Assembly (NCBI GenBank): GCA_963826115.1
Contig: CAWGVS010000006.1
Coordinates: 224,001-288,000, forward strand
DNA: 64,000 bases
Reading direction: 5' to 3'
Source of the DNA: an uncultured Candidatus Rokubacteria bacterium
GTDB taxonomy: Bacteria; Methylomirabilota; Methylomirabilia; Rokubacteriales; DASRDR01
The notes under the pieces are model-generated. The model did no database searches, had not been told where the DNA came from, and saw only the letters and a list, made by a program, of their open reading frames with translations. Both the position numbers and the translations under genes were made by a program. This document shows positions 40,369 through 47,721 of this stretch, one piece after another (positions within the stretch are counted from its first letter, which is position 1; each line of letters begins with the position of its first letter).

Positions 40369-41316
40369 ATGCTCCAGATCTTCACCAACGCGAAGTACGA
40401 CTTCATCGGCAAGCGTCGCTGGGCGTACGCGATCTCCCTGATCGTGACCCTCGTCGGGCTGGGCCACATCGCCTGGCAGGGGGGGCTCCGGTACGGCATC
40501 GACTTCTCGGGCGGCACGCTGGTGCAGGTGCGCTTCGAGCAGCCGACGACGGTCGACGCCGTGCGGAGCGCGCTCGACCGGGTCCGCCTCGGGGACAGCG
40601 TCATCCAGCAGTTCGGCGACCCCCAGGAGTACCTGGTCCGCGTTCCCGCCTCGAGCGGCGCCCTCGACGAGACCTCCGAGAAGGTCAAGCTGGGGCTGCG
40701 CGAGGCGAAGCTGCCCAACTTCGAGGTGCGCCGCCTCGAGTTCGTCGGGCCGCAGGTGGGGCGCGACCTCCAGGTGCAGGCGCTCTACGCCGTACTCGCG
40801 GGCATGGTGGGGATCCTCATCTACACCGCGTTCCGCTTCGACTTCCGGGGGGGAGTGGCCGCGATCATCGCGCTCCTGCACGACGTGCTCGTGGCCCTGT
40901 CCGCCCTGTCCATCGCCAACCGCGAGATGTCGCTCCCCGTGCTCGCGGCGCTCCTCACGATCGTCGGCTTCTCGATCAACGACACGATCGTGGTCTTCGA
41001 CCGGATCCGCGAGACGCGCGGCCGGGGGCTCCGCAAGGGCGAGACGCTGGCGGACGTCATCAACGGGGCCATCAACCAGACCCTGTCCCGGACGATCCTC
41101 ACCTCGCTGACGGTGTTCCTGGTCGTGTCCATCCTCTTCGTCGCCGGGGGCGAGGTGCTGCGGGACTTCGCGTTCGCCCTGCTCGTCGGGGTGGTGACGG
41201 GCACCTACTCCTCGGTCTTCGTGGCCGCCCCGATCATCGTGGACTGGGAGGGCTGGAGCCAGTCGCGCCAGCGGGGGGGCAAAAAGGCCGTGGTGAAGGC
41301 CGCCGCCGGGCGGTAG
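40369..41316 (+). CDS. secF: Protein translocase subunit SecF
   Basis: GIDFSGGT, VGPQVG, SINDTIVVFDRIRE, TLSRT, GTYSS. Confidence 0.96.
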   Translation: MLQIFTNAKYDFIGKRRWAYAISLIVTLVGLGHIAWQGGLRYGIDFSGGTLVQVRFEQPTTVDAVRSALDRVRLGDSVIQQFGDPQEYLVRVPASSGALDETSEKVKLGLREAKLPNFEVRRLEFVGPQVGRDLQVQALYAVLAGMVGILIYTAFRFDFRGGVAAIIALLHDVLVALSALSIANREMSLPVLAALLTIVGFSINDTIVVFDRIRETRGRGLRKGETLADVINGAINQTLSRTILTSLTVFLVVSILFVAGGEVLRDFAFALLVGVVTGTYSSVFVAAPIIVDWEGWSQSRQRGGKKAVVKAAAGR

Positions 41317-41412
41317 ACTACTAGGCCACACCCGGCGGCCGTCGGGCCGTCTAGCCGGGCCGGGGCGCGGTGCCCCGGCCAGTGCCCGCGGGGCGCGCCG
41401 GGAAGCGCCACC

Positions 41413-43557
41413 ATGCGGACGCTCAGCGACCTCCTCACCGAGATTCCCCGCTACCAGGCGAGCGGGGACGTCGACGTTGTCCGGCGCGCCTACGAGTTCA
41501 CCGAGGAGGTCCACCGCGGCCAGCGCCGGGTCTCGGGCGAGCCATACCACGTCCACCCGCTGGCGGTCGCCGGCCTCCTGGTCGAGTTCAAGATGGACGC
41601 CACGACCGTTGCCGCCGGCCTCCTCCACGACGTCCTGGAGGACACCGCGACCAGCAAGGACGTCCTCGTCGAGCGCTTCGGCGGCGACATCGCGGAACTC
41701 GTGGACGGGGTCACGAAGATCGGCAAGCTCGCCTTCGCGAGCCGCGAGGAGCGGCAGGCCGAGAACTTCCGCAAGATGCTGGTCGCCATGGCCCGGGACA
41801 TCCGGGTCCTCATGATCAAGCTCGCCGACCGGCTCCACAACATGCGCACGCTGCACTACCTCCCCTCCGACAAGCAGCGCGCCATCGGGCAGGAGACGCT
41901 CGACATCTACGCGCCGCTCGCCCACCGGCTCGGCATGGCGAAGGTCAAGGGCGAGCTGGAGGACCTGGCGCTCAAGGCGCTCCAGCCGGAGGCCTACGAC
42001 GACCTGCAGCGGCGGGTGGCCAAGCGTCGCCTCGAGCGCGAGGCCGAGATCAACCAGGTGATCACGATCCTCTCGGCGAAGCTGTCCGAGGTCGGGATCT
42101 CCGGCCAGATCACGGGCCGGCCGAAGCACTTCTACTCCATCTACAAGAAGATGCAGGCCGGACGCGAGTTCGACGAGATCTACGATCTCACCGCGGTCCG
42201 CATCCTCACGCCGACGGTCCGGGAGTGCTACGGCATCCTGGGGCTCGTCCACTCGCTGTGGAAGCCGGTGCCCGGCCGGTTCAAGGACTTCATCGCGATC
42301 CCGAAGTCGAACATGTACCAGTCGCTCCACACGACCGTGATCGGCCCGAAGGGCGACCCCGTCGAGATCCAGATCCGCACGCCGGACATGCACCGGATCG
42401 CCGAGGAAGGTATCGCCGCGCACTGGCTCTACAAGGAGAAGAAGGATCGGTCCGGGCTCGACCAGGCGTTCGTCTGGCTGCGGCAGCTGCTGGAGTGGCA
42501 GAAGGAGATGAAGGACCCGCGGGAGTTCATGGAGACCGTCAAGGTCGACCTGTTCCCCGACGAGGTCTACGTCTTCACGCCGAAGGGGGACGTCAAGGCG
42601 CTGCCGGAGGGCTCGACGCCCATCGACTTCGCCTACGCGGTCCACACCGAGGTCGGCAACCACTGCGCCGGGGCCCGCGTCAACGGGAAGCTCGTCCCGC
42701 TGCGGCACGTGCTCCGCCAGGGCGACATCGTGGAAGTGGTCACGTCGCCCACCCAGAGGCCCTCGCGCGACTGGCTCAAGACGGTCAAGTCCACGCGGGC
42801 GCGGTCGAAGGTCAAGCAGTGGCTCCGGATCGAGGAGCGGTCCCGCTCGGTCGCGCTGGGCCGCGAGCTCCTCGACCGCGAGGCCCGGAAGTACCGGGTC
42901 GCGCTGGCGACGATCCTCGAGGCGGAGGAGCTCCGGAAGCTCGCCGTCGAGCACGGGTACACCACCGTCGACGACCTCCTCGTGGGGCTCGGCTACGGCA
43001 AGCTGGCGGCCTCGACGGTGGTCGCCCGGTTCGTTCCCGCCGACGCGACCGCCGAGCCGCGCTCCGAGGTGAAGCCCGCGAAGCCGGCGCGCCCCCGGAC
43101 CGACACCGGAGGCGTCACCGTCAAGGGCGTGGACGACGTGCTCATCCGGTTCGCGAAGTGCTGCGGCCCCGTGCCGGGCGACCCCATCGTCGGCTTCATC
43201 ACTCGGGGCCGCGGCATCACCGTGCACGCGTCCGACTGCCCGAATCTCGCGGCCGGCGCGTTCGACAACGAGCGGACCGTGGCGGTCGAGTGGGCGGTGG
43301 CCGACCAGCAGGCGCTGCCCGTGAAGATCGCCGTGCACATCGGCCGGGACCGCCCGGGCCTGCTGGCCGACATCTCCACGGCCATCTCCTCGCGCCACGC
43401 CAACATCGTGAAGGCCGAGGTGACGGTGACCGAGGACCGCAAGGGGCTGAACCACTTCACCGTGGAGGTCAAGGATCTCGACCAGCTCCAGGGCGTCATG
43501 GGGGCGATCTCGGCCGTCAAGGACGTCATCGGGGTCGAGCGGGTCCGCGGCCTCTAG
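41413..43557 (+). CDS. rel: Bifunctional (p)ppGpp synthetase/hydrolase (Rel)
   Basis: R-x-SGEPY, intact HDVLED, KLADRLHNMRT, RFKD, YQSLHT, TGS, CC and ACT domains. Confidence 0.95.
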   Translation: MRTLSDLLTEIPRYQASGDVDVVRRAYEFTEEVHRGQRRVSGEPYHVHPLAVAGLLVEFKMDATTVAAGLLHDVLEDTATSKDVLVERFGGDIAELVDGVTKIGKLAFASREERQAENFRKMLVAMARDIRVLMIKLADRLHNMRTLHYLPSDKQRAIGQETLDIYAPLAHRLGMAKVKGELEDLALKALQPEAYDDLQRRVAKRRLEREAEINQVITILSAKLSEVGISGQITGRPKHFYSIYKKMQAGREFDEIYDLTAVRILTPTVRECYGILGLVHSLWKPVPGRFKDFIAIPKSNMYQSLHTTVIGPKGDPVEIQIRTPDMHRIAEEGIAAHWLYKEKKDRSGLDQAFVWLRQLLEWQKEMKDPREFMETVKVDLFPDEVYVFTPKGDVKALPEGSTPIDFAYAVHTEVGNHCAGARVNGKLVPLRHVLRQGDIVEVVTSPTQRPSRDWLKTVKSTRARSKVKQWLRIEERSRSVALGRELLDREARKYRVALATILEAEELRKLAVEHGYTTVDDLLVGLGYGKLAASTVVARFVPADATAEPRSEVKPAKPARPRTDTGGVTVKGVDDVLIRFAKCCGPVPGDPIVGFITRGRGITVHASDCPNLAAGAFDNERTVAVEWAVADQQALPVKIAVHIGRDRPGLLADISTAISSRHANIVKAEVTVTEDRKGLNHFTVEVKDLDQLQGVMGAISAVKDVIGVERVRGL

Positions 43558-43585
43558 GGCGGGCCGGCTCCCGGCCGTCCGCCGC

Positions 43586-43969
43586 ATGGTCGAGATCAAC
43601 CGCAAGGAGTTCGAGGCCCTCGTGGCCCGCGCGCTCCGCCTCCTCCCGCGGCGCTTCCGCGACCGCCTCCGGAACATCGCCGTCGTCGTCGAGGATTGGG
43701 CGGACGACGACATCCTGGACGAGATGGGCATCGAGCCGCCGGACACGCTCTATGGCCTCTACCGGGGGACCGACCTCACGCGCCGCGACACCAACTACGG
43801 CAACGTGCTGCCGGACGTGATCACGATCTACCAGGGGCCGATCCAGGAAGACTGCGAGACCGTCGAGGAGATGGAGGAGCTCGTCCGGGACACGGTCGTC
43901 CACGAGGTGGGCCACTACTTCGGGCTGGACGACGAGCGGCTCGCCGAGCTGGAGGACGGGCAAGACTAG
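43586..43969 (+). CDS. Zincin-like metallopeptidase family protein (Zincin_1)
   Basis: LYGLYRG, PDVITIYQGPI, VVHEVGHYFG. Confidence 0.85.
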   Translation: MVEINRKEFEALVARALRLLPRRFRDRLRNIAVVVEDWADDDILDEMGIEPPDTLYGLYRGTDLTRRDTNYGNVLPDVITIYQGPIQEDCETVEEMEELVRDTVVHEVGHYFGLDDERLAELEDGQD

Positions 43970-44021
43970 TGTCCCGCCGCCGGATGCCCCGCCGCCGGAT
44001 CCCCGGGTCTCGCCGGGGCCC

Positions 44022-45881
44022 ATGACCGCGTATCCGCTCGCCGTCCGTCAGCGGGCGCTGCTGACGTTCGTCGCGCTCAACGCGGCGGCGGCCGGGCTCC
44101 ACGCGCAGCGCTTCCTCTTCGCGGGGGACGCGATGCCGTCCGGGCTGGGGCTCGAGTTCGCCGCGACGGCGCTCCTGGCCCAGGTCGGTCTCGCGGCGCT
44201 GGTGCTCCACGCGGCGCTCGGGGCGATCGCCTTCCTGGACTCGCGGGCGATCGTCACCCGTGTCCTGGCCGCGCTCGCCTTCACGCTGGTCCACACGTTC
44301 ATCTACGTCGACGCGCGGATCTACGGCTTCTTCCGGTTCCACTTCAACGCCCTCGCGCTGAACGTGCTCCTGACGCCCGGCGGCTTCGAGTCGATGCAGC
44401 TGCCGGAGGGCGACGTGGCCATGGCGGTCGTGGGCATCGCGGTGCTGCTCGGGTTGCAGCTCCTCGGCTATTCGGCGCTCCTCCGCTGGCTCCGGACCGC
44501 GGAGTGGGGGGTCGGGCGGCGCTGGCTCGCGCTGGTCGCCACGGTGCTGGCGCTCGTTCTGGTGGAGCGGGCGACGTATGCCGCGGGGGACCTCCTCGAC
44601 ATCCCGGGCATCGCTCGCCAGACGCGCCTCATCCCGCTCTACGAGCCGCTCCGGCTCCGGGAAGTCCGGCAGCGCCTCCGGCTCCCGAGCGACCCGGCGG
44701 CGCGGGCCCGCGAGCCGGGGGAGAGCGCCCTCGACTATCCGCGCGAGCCCGTCCGGGGCGCGGTGAAGGCCGACCACCGCTGGAATGTCGTGTGGATCAT
44801 GGTCGAGTCCTGGCGCGCCGACACGTTCAGCGCGGAGAACACCCCGAACATCTGGCGCTTCTCCCGGCGCGGACAGGTCTTCCAGCAGCATCTGAGCGGC
44901 GGGCACTCGACCCGCTTCGGGATCTTCTCGGCGCTCTACGGGCTCCACGGCACTTACTGGTGGCCCTTCCTCGCCGAGGGGCGGGAGCCCGTCCTCATCG
45001 CGAAGCTGATCGAGGCCGGCTACCGGTTCCGCATCCTGTCGAGCACCTCGCTCGGCTACCCAGAGTTCCGCCAGACCGCCTTCCACTCCGTGCGGTCTGC
45101 GGTGAGCGACCGCCTGCCCGCCGCGTCGGTGGCGGAGCGGGACGTGCTCCAGGCGCAGGCGTTCGACGAGTTCCTGGAGGCGACTCCCCGGGACCAGGCC
45201 TTCTTCGCGTTCCTCTTCCTGGGGGCGCCCCACTTTCCGTTCCTCTTCACGCCGGAGCATGCGAAGTTCCTCCCCGTTCTCGAGCACCCGACGATCGCCC
45301 AGGCGCAGACCCCCGAGGGCAGCCGCCAGATGTACAACCGCTACCGGAACTCGATCCACTCCGTGGACGCGGTGGTGGGCTCGATCGTGGGCGCGCTGGA
45401 TCGGCGGGGACTCCTGGATCGATCGATCGTGGTCGTGACGGGGGACCACGGCCAGGAGTTCTACGAGCACGGGTTCTTCGGCCACGGCAGCGCCTTCACC
45501 CCGGAGCAGACGCACGTCCCGCTCGTGATGCTCGTGCCCGGGCTGCCGTTCCGCGAGCACGGGCACCTCACCCAGCACCAGGACCTGCCCGCCACGATGC
45601 TGGCGCTCCTCGGGATCGACGATCCCCCCGACCGCTACAGTCTGGGCCGGAATATGCTCGAGGGCCGGGGACGACCCTACGCCGTCGTGTGCGGCTTCCG
45701 GGAGTGCGCGCTGCAGGACGCGGACGGGTGGGTCGTCTTTGGCGTGGAAGGGAAGACCGCGCTCTCCCTCGAGGCGCGGGACCGTGACTACGTTGAGGTC
45801 CCGGACCTGGCGGCGGCGGTGGGCCGGCGCCGCGACCGGCTCCTCGCGACGATGCAGGAGATGCGCACCTTCCTGCGCTGA
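44022..45881 (+). CDS. YejM/PbgA-like (DUF3413 + sulfatase-fold) inner membrane protein
   Basis: About 5 N-terminal TM helices with DARIYGFFRFHFN; NVVWIMVESWRAD, HLSGGHSTRFGIFSALYG, TGDHGQEF. Confidence 0.75.
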   Translation: MTAYPLAVRQRALLTFVALNAAAAGLHAQRFLFAGDAMPSGLGLEFAATALLAQVGLAALVLHAALGAIAFLDSRAIVTRVLAALAFTLVHTFIYVDARIYGFFRFHFNALALNVLLTPGGFESMQLPEGDVAMAVVGIAVLLGLQLLGYSALLRWLRTAEWGVGRRWLALVATVLALVLVERATYAAGDLLDIPGIARQTRLIPLYEPLRLREVRQRLRLPSDPAARAREPGESALDYPREPVRGAVKADHRWNVVWIMVESWRADTFSAENTPNIWRFSRRGQVFQQHLSGGHSTRFGIFSALYGLHGTYWWPFLAEGREPVLIAKLIEAGYRFRILSSTSLGYPEFRQTAFHSVRSAVSDRLPAASVAERDVLQAQAFDEFLEATPRDQAFFAFLFLGAPHFPFLFTPEHAKFLPVLEHPTIAQAQTPEGSRQMYNRYRNSIHSVDAVVGSIVGALDRRGLLDRSIVVVTGDHGQEFYEHGFFGHGSAFTPEQTHVPLVMLVPGLPFREHGHLTQHQDLPATMLALLGIDDPPDRYSLGRNMLEGRGRPYAVVCGFRECALQDADGWVVFGVEGKTALSLEARDRDYVEVPDLAAAVGRRRDRLLATMQEMRTFLR

Positions 45882-45982
45882 GCCGCGGCGGCCCGGGCTG
45901 CCTGCCTCGTTCCACGGGCCGAAGGGCCAGGACATCCTTGCCCGAAGTGTCACTCCGTTGACATGCCTTCCATGTTTTGCTC

Positions 45983-46011
45983 TTGACACAACTTTCAGTG
46001 ACGGATAGGCT
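45983..46011 (+). promoter_or_regulatory. Sigma70-type promoter of the AbiEi-like gene
   Basis: TTGACA (45983-45988), 17 nt, TAGGCT (46006-46011). Confidence 0.75.
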
Positions 46012-46048
46012 TTCAGCGCACGTTGAAAATGACCGGACAAGTGAAAGT
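45991..46048. promoter_or_regulatory. Dyad-symmetric operator with four half-sites
   Basis: TTTCA at 45993 and 46011; TGAAA at 46024 and 46042; 18-bp period; both pairs share one symmetry axis; outer pair ACTTTCA/TGAAAGT. Confidence 0.7.
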
Positions 46049-47101
46049 ATGGTTCGGATTGCAGAATTCAAGAAGGACGCCGCGGAGCGGCTTCGCGCCC
46101 TCTTTCCGCAAGTGGCTGAATGGCAAGAGTCTCTAGATGCGACCGTCGGCGACCAGACGGTGGATGTGCTCGTCCGGTTCCGGATGGGGCCCGGCCAGGA
46201 GACCAAGACACTGATCTGTGAGGCTCGTACCCGGGGTGAGCCCCGGCACCTCCGCGAGGCCGTAACCCGACTTCGAGAGCTCCGGGGCCATGTCCCGGGG
46301 GCCTACCCCCTGGTGGCGGCGCCCTACGTGACCGCCCAGTCCTCGGCCCTCCTGCGCCGGAATGGCTGCGGCTACCTCGACCTGGCCGGCAACTGCTACC
46401 TCGCCTTCGACAACGTCCTCATCCAGAAGGAAGGGCGCCCCAACGCGGGACTGGTCCGCCGTCCCCTCAAGGCCCTGTTCGCGCCGCGGGCGACGCGGAT
46501 CGTCCGCGCCCTCCTGGTGGAGCGGGACCGCGCCTGGCGCCTCGACGAGCTGGGCCGGGCGGTCGGCGTCAGCCTCGGCCACGCCCACAACGTGGTGAAG
46601 CGCCTCGAGGAGCTCGACTGGGTGGAGCGGGGGCGGGACGGGCTCTACCGGCTGCCGCGGCCCGGGGACCTGCTCGACGCCTGGCGCGACGGGTATCGCT
46701 ACCGCGTCAACGGGCTGAGCGCCTTCGTCTCCCCGGCGGGAGACAAGCGCCGGATCATGGAGGCCCTTGCGCGGCACGCGACCGAGCTGGGCGTGACCTA
46801 CGCGTTCACGCTCCACGCGGGCGCGTCCCTCATCGGCCCGCACACGCGTGTCTCCACGGTGCACTGCTACGTGAGCGGCGACACCGAGGCGCTCATCCGG
46901 GCCCTCGGGCTCCAGCCGGTCGAGGGCGAGGGCGCGGTCTACCTGATGGCTCCGTACGACCCGGGCGTGTTCTACGCGCCGGTGGTCAAGGGCGGGTTCC
47001 GGGTGGTCAGTCTCCCGCAGCTCTACGTGGACCTCTACGGCCACGAGCGGCGCGGGCGCGAGCAGGCCGAGAAGCTCCGTCGCGACGCGATGGGGTTCTA
47101 G
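46049..47101 (+). CDS. AbiEi_2 / DUF2186-like transcriptional regulator (type IV TA antitoxin family), no cognate toxin adjacent
   Basis: YLDLAGNC, central wHTH (LDELGRAVGVSLGHAHNVVKRLEE), LLDAW...Y, C-terminal VSLPQLYVDL...RGREQAEKL; start moved to ATG 46049, downstream of the promoter. Confidence 0.75.
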   Translation: MVRIAEFKKDAAERLRALFPQVAEWQESLDATVGDQTVDVLVRFRMGPGQETKTLICEARTRGEPRHLREAVTRLRELRGHVPGAYPLVAAPYVTAQSSALLRRNGCGYLDLAGNCYLAFDNVLIQKEGRPNAGLVRRPLKALFAPRATRIVRALLVERDRAWRLDELGRAVGVSLGHAHNVVKRLEELDWVERGRDGLYRLPRPGDLLDAWRDGYRYRVNGLSAFVSPAGDKRRIMEALARHATELGVTYAFTLHAGASLIGPHTRVSTVHCYVSGDTEALIRALGLQPVEGEGAVYLMAPYDPGVFYAPVVKGGFRVVSLPQLYVDLYGHERRGREQAEKLRRDAMGF

Positions 47102-47134
47102 CCGCGCTCACGCGAGCGGAAGGAGGTGAGCACG

Positions 47135-47170
47135 ATGGCGAAGAAGAAGGCGGCGAAGAAGAAGAAGTAA
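47135..47170 (+). CDS. 11-aa lysine-rich micro-ORF MAKKKAAKKKK (copy 1)
   Basis: AAGGAGGTGA Shine-Dalgarno at 47120-47129; ATG GCG AAG AAG AAG GCG GCG AAG AAG AAG AAG TAA. Confidence 0.75.
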   Translation: MAKKKAAKKKK

Positions 47171-47189
47171 CGTCGTCAGCGGTGTCGCT

Positions 47190-47211
47190 CGAAGGGGGTG
47201 CAGCCCCTTCG
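47190..47211 (+). other. Stem-loop between the micro-ORF copies
   Basis: CGAAGGGG-gtgcag-CCCCTTCG 8-bp stem. Confidence 0.6.
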
Positions 47212-47246
47212 CGGAACCCAGACGTCACGAGGGGAGGTGATGATCG

Positions 47247-47282
47247 ATGGCGAAGAAGAAGGCGGCCAAGAAGAAGAAGTAG
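47247..47282 (+). CDS. 11-aa lysine-rich micro-ORF MAKKKAAKKKK (copy 2)
   Basis: GGAGGTGAT Shine-Dalgarno at 47233-47241; same peptide, differing only by GCC vs GCG and TAG vs TAA. Confidence 0.75.
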   Translation: MAKKKAAKKKK

Positions 47283-47294
47283 GGTGCTGTGACG

Positions 47295-47327
47295 GGGTCA
47301 GGGGACGAGGCCAGCCCTGACCCTTCT
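47295..47327 (+). terminator. Terminator-like hairpin after micro-ORF copy 2
   Basis: GGGTCAGGG (47295-47303) / CCCTGACCC (47315-47323) followed by TTCT; lies between convergent units. Confidence 0.6.
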
Positions 47328-47379
47328 GGTACTGTCAGCGCAGGCCGCCGGGGGCGACTGGCACCCCCGGCGGCCGGTC

Positions 47380-47571
47380 CTAGACGGCCTTGGTGACCTT
47401 GCCGCCCCGCAGGCAGCGTGTGCAGACGCGGACCCGCTTGGCTCGGCCCTTCACGACCGCCCGCATCGATACCAGGTTCGGCAGCCATCGGCGCGAGGAC
47501 ACGTTGTGCGCGTGGCTGATCTGGTTGCCCACGACGGGACCCTTCCCACACACATCACAGCGTTGGGCCAT
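47380..47571 (-). CDS. rpmB: 50S ribosomal protein L28 (zinc-ribbon type)
   Basis: MAQRCDVCGKGPVVGNQISHAHNVSSRRWLPNL...VCTRCLRGGKV, 63 aa. Confidence 0.95.
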   Translation of the reverse strand: MAQRCDVCGKGPVVGNQISHAHNVSSRRWLPNLVSMRAVVKGRAKRVRVCTRCLRGGKVTKAV

Positions 47572-47721
47572 GCCTCTGGACTCCTCGGGAGAGATGACGC
47601 TCCGGCCGGCTTTCCCGGGCCCGGAACGGGCCGGCTTGCCGCCGAGCAAGACACTTCTATACCATGGGGGCCGAGGTGAGACAAGCCTGACACCTCGTCT
47701 GCTCCCGCGGCCGTCTCGCCC

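Noticed and set aside
45977-46048. N-terminal extension of the AbiEi-like ORF given in the ORF track
   Set aside because: It overlaps the predicted promoter and operator; ATG 46049 is more plausible.
47120-47290. Repeat pair as a mini CRISPR array or simple AAG microsatellite
   Set aside because: Only two units, non-palindromic, no cas genes; RBS, ATG, in-frame stop and silent-only differences fit coding better.
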